A stretch of DNA of 64,000 nt from Camelus ferus (taxonomy: Eukaryota). The notes beneath the pieces were generated by a model. That model ran no database searches. It was not told where the DNA came from and saw only the letters and a program-made list of their open reading frames with translations. The stretch spans positions 104,348,001-104,412,000 of the forward strand of contig NC_045696.1 of assembly GCF_009834535.1 (NCBI RefSeq), in the 5' to 3' direction. Shown here one piece after another: positions 62,110 through 64,000 of this stretch. Both the position numbers and the translations under genes were made by a program. Within the stretch, counting starts at the first letter, position 1; each line of letters begins with the position of its first letter.

Positions 62110-62300
62110 GGCCAGGAGTGGATGGTGGGGAGTCTGGTCTTGTCTATACCTTGGAATGACTCTGATCAAGATGTTGAATCTTTAGCCTCAGTTGACTCAT
62201 CATAACAGTAGATGTCCCAGCTACCTCACGGGATTATTGTGAGGCTCAAAGGAACGAATGGGGCAAATAACACTTCAGGTGATGGAAAAAGCTGCACAAG
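62110..62300 (+). mobile_element. MIR SINE, preceded by an L2 3' end at about 62000-62075
   Basis: gcctcagttgactcatcataa..ctacctcacgggattattgtgaggctcaaagga. Confidence 0.65.
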
Positions 62301-62718
62301 GTGGTCTCCTCGAATCAGAAGGCTGCAAAGGCCTGTCGTGGATGCTCATTTGGTGGAGATCAGACCAGAGGACATTGACAGCAGTCCCCCTGCTTAAAGT
62401 CTCACTGATTCAGTGACTCACGGAGTAGAATGAACTGATTCTGAACTTTCTTTTGAATCTGAATGCCTGGGACCAGCTCTGTGCCTGTGTGGAGCCAGTG
62501 TGGGAGGGGCTCGGACAGACCATACATCCTGAGGACAAAGCCCAAGACATTCGAAACAAAGATGTTCTTGGCGCCTCATGGGAGCCCTATAGTGGCCCTA
62601 ATTCTTGCCTGCTATTCTCTTGACCACAAAAGACCACAGACCAGTTACCATAGCAACAATTCTCCTCCCGAAGTATCCATGTTAAGATGGAGACGGAAAA
62701 GATTTCCTTACTAAAAAA

Positions 62719-62772
62719 GAAGAAAGGAAGGAAAGAAGGAAGGAAGGAAGGAAAGAAGGAAGGAAGGAAGAA
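62719..62772. repeat. (GGAA)n simple repeat
   Basis: Visible directly. Confidence 0.9.
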
Positions 62773-63365
62773 ACTAGGTTTTTGGATATATTTACCCTCC
62801 ACTCAAAGCATTGCTCCTTTTATGAGAAGAGGAAGCTGTTATGGCAAATATGCTTCTAATGTCTAGCAGTTAAATCTCCAAACTCATTATCTTAGACTCG
62901 TCGAAGTTCACACTTATTTCGATACATCCAAGAGGAATGTATCTTCTCAAGAAGCAAAACTGTGAAATGGGGGATGAAAGACCCAGCCTTGTCAGCCCCG
63001 GAACCGCCCTCTGGTCCTGGGGACACCCAGCCATCCCTGTCACCCAGTCTGCAGTCTGCCACGGAGCCTGGCCGTGTCATGCCATCAGCCTCTCCTTCTG
63101 ATCCCTGGCTGTCAGTTTGTCAGGGCTACGGCCCTGGGCAGCGTCTGTGTGGAGTGCTTCCTGGCCCCCGTGGTGTCATGGGGTGGGAGCCCCCAGCAGG
63201 GCAGCCACACGGGTCTCAGCCGCTGCCAGGAAGGCAGGTTCTCAGAGAGCTTTGGCCAGAACCAGGCCCTGCTGTAGCCAAGGACCTAGTCTTGGTTTTG
63301 GACTTTTCATATAAGCTTCTGTGGCCTCAGAAAGACAAAGGGAAAGGCTCTCCAAGATGGGAGAG

Positions 63366-63422
63366 TGCGTGCGTGAGTGTGTGTGCGTGCGTGCATATGT
63401 GCGTGTGTGTGTGTGTGTGTGT
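63366..63422. repeat. Imperfect (TG)/(TGCG)n repeat
   Basis: Visible directly. Confidence 0.9.
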
Positions 63423-64000
63423 AGCCCACGTGAACCTTCCCCTGTAAACAGGTCTGCCTTGGTAAGGTCATTCTTTTGAAGTGCTGAGGATGTGGACCTG
63501 CGTGTGTGGAGTCTGACCACCCTGCCTGTAGGAAGCAGCCTGGAGAGCCAGGTAAGGAGGACCTGGCGGTCTGTGGGGAGAGGTGACTGAGTCAGGTGCA
63601 CACACAGTGGGTTGGAACCTAAGGGCCTGGGAATGTGGAGCCTGGGCAGGCGAGCGACAGAAAGGCTGACCTTCTCCCCCGCAGGGAAGAGCGAAGGCAG
63701 AACTCCACAGATCTGCTGCCACGATGCTGGGTGAGCCCAGGGCAGGAGAAGTGGGGGCTACAGGACGAAGTCCACCCTGAAGTCCCCACCGATGCTGCCG
63801 CTGGGCTTCTTGGAACCACCCCAGGGCTGGGACACGGGGTATGCCCACGGCATTAAGGGTGGGCCCCAGGACACTGGGGAGGGCCTGCCCAGACCTGTCA
63901 CAGAAATCAGAGGCGATTATGTGATAGACAGACATCGGGGTGGGGCTTACAAAAGGGACAGGTGGGTGGGCGCAGACGCCGGGCACTAGTAGGGGAGGGT

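Noticed and set aside
63482..63550. Possible exon ending at CAG|GTAAGG
   Set aside because: The acceptor is weak, the peptide is unrecognisable and no partner exons are identifiable.
62962..63986. 161-aa (+) and 172-aa (-) ORFs
   Set aside because: Pro/Gly/Ser-rich frames expected in GC-rich DNA. One runs through a TG repeat, and I recognise no homology.
1..64000. A novel multi-gene system, operon or CRISPR array
   Set aside because: This is eukaryotic repeat-rich DNA. There is no repeat-spacer array and no cluster of long ORFs, and the recognisable ORFs are transposon remnants.

Overview
Mammalian non-coding genomic DNA, most likely from a camelid (camel, llama or alpaca). Five tRNA-Ala-derived SINEs resemble the camelid vic-1 family, and the young L1 3' ends are artiodactyl-like. 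I recognise no host protein-coding exon and no functional RNA gene. The ORFs I can identify are transposon remnants: L1 ORF1 and ORF2, hAT (Zaphod-like) transposase and ERVL gag/RNase H. About 1-44 kb is AT-richer and packed with nested repeats (old and young L1, L2, MIR, MaLR/ERVL/ERV1 LTRs, hAT MITEs). About 52-64 kb is GC-richer, mostly unique sequence with enhancer-like motifs. I found no convincing novel biological system. The best leads are a solo LTR with a CCAAT-box array, octamer and TATA box; a palindromic ~135-bp element with perfect 27-bp arms; a SINE whose target-site duplication (TSD) copies a perfect 5' splice site; a young L1 without a TSD, possibly with a target-site deletion; and a 5'UTR+ORF1-only L1 nested in another L1. 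Repeat family names come from recalled consensus motifs, not a database search. Boundaries without a TSD are approximate.
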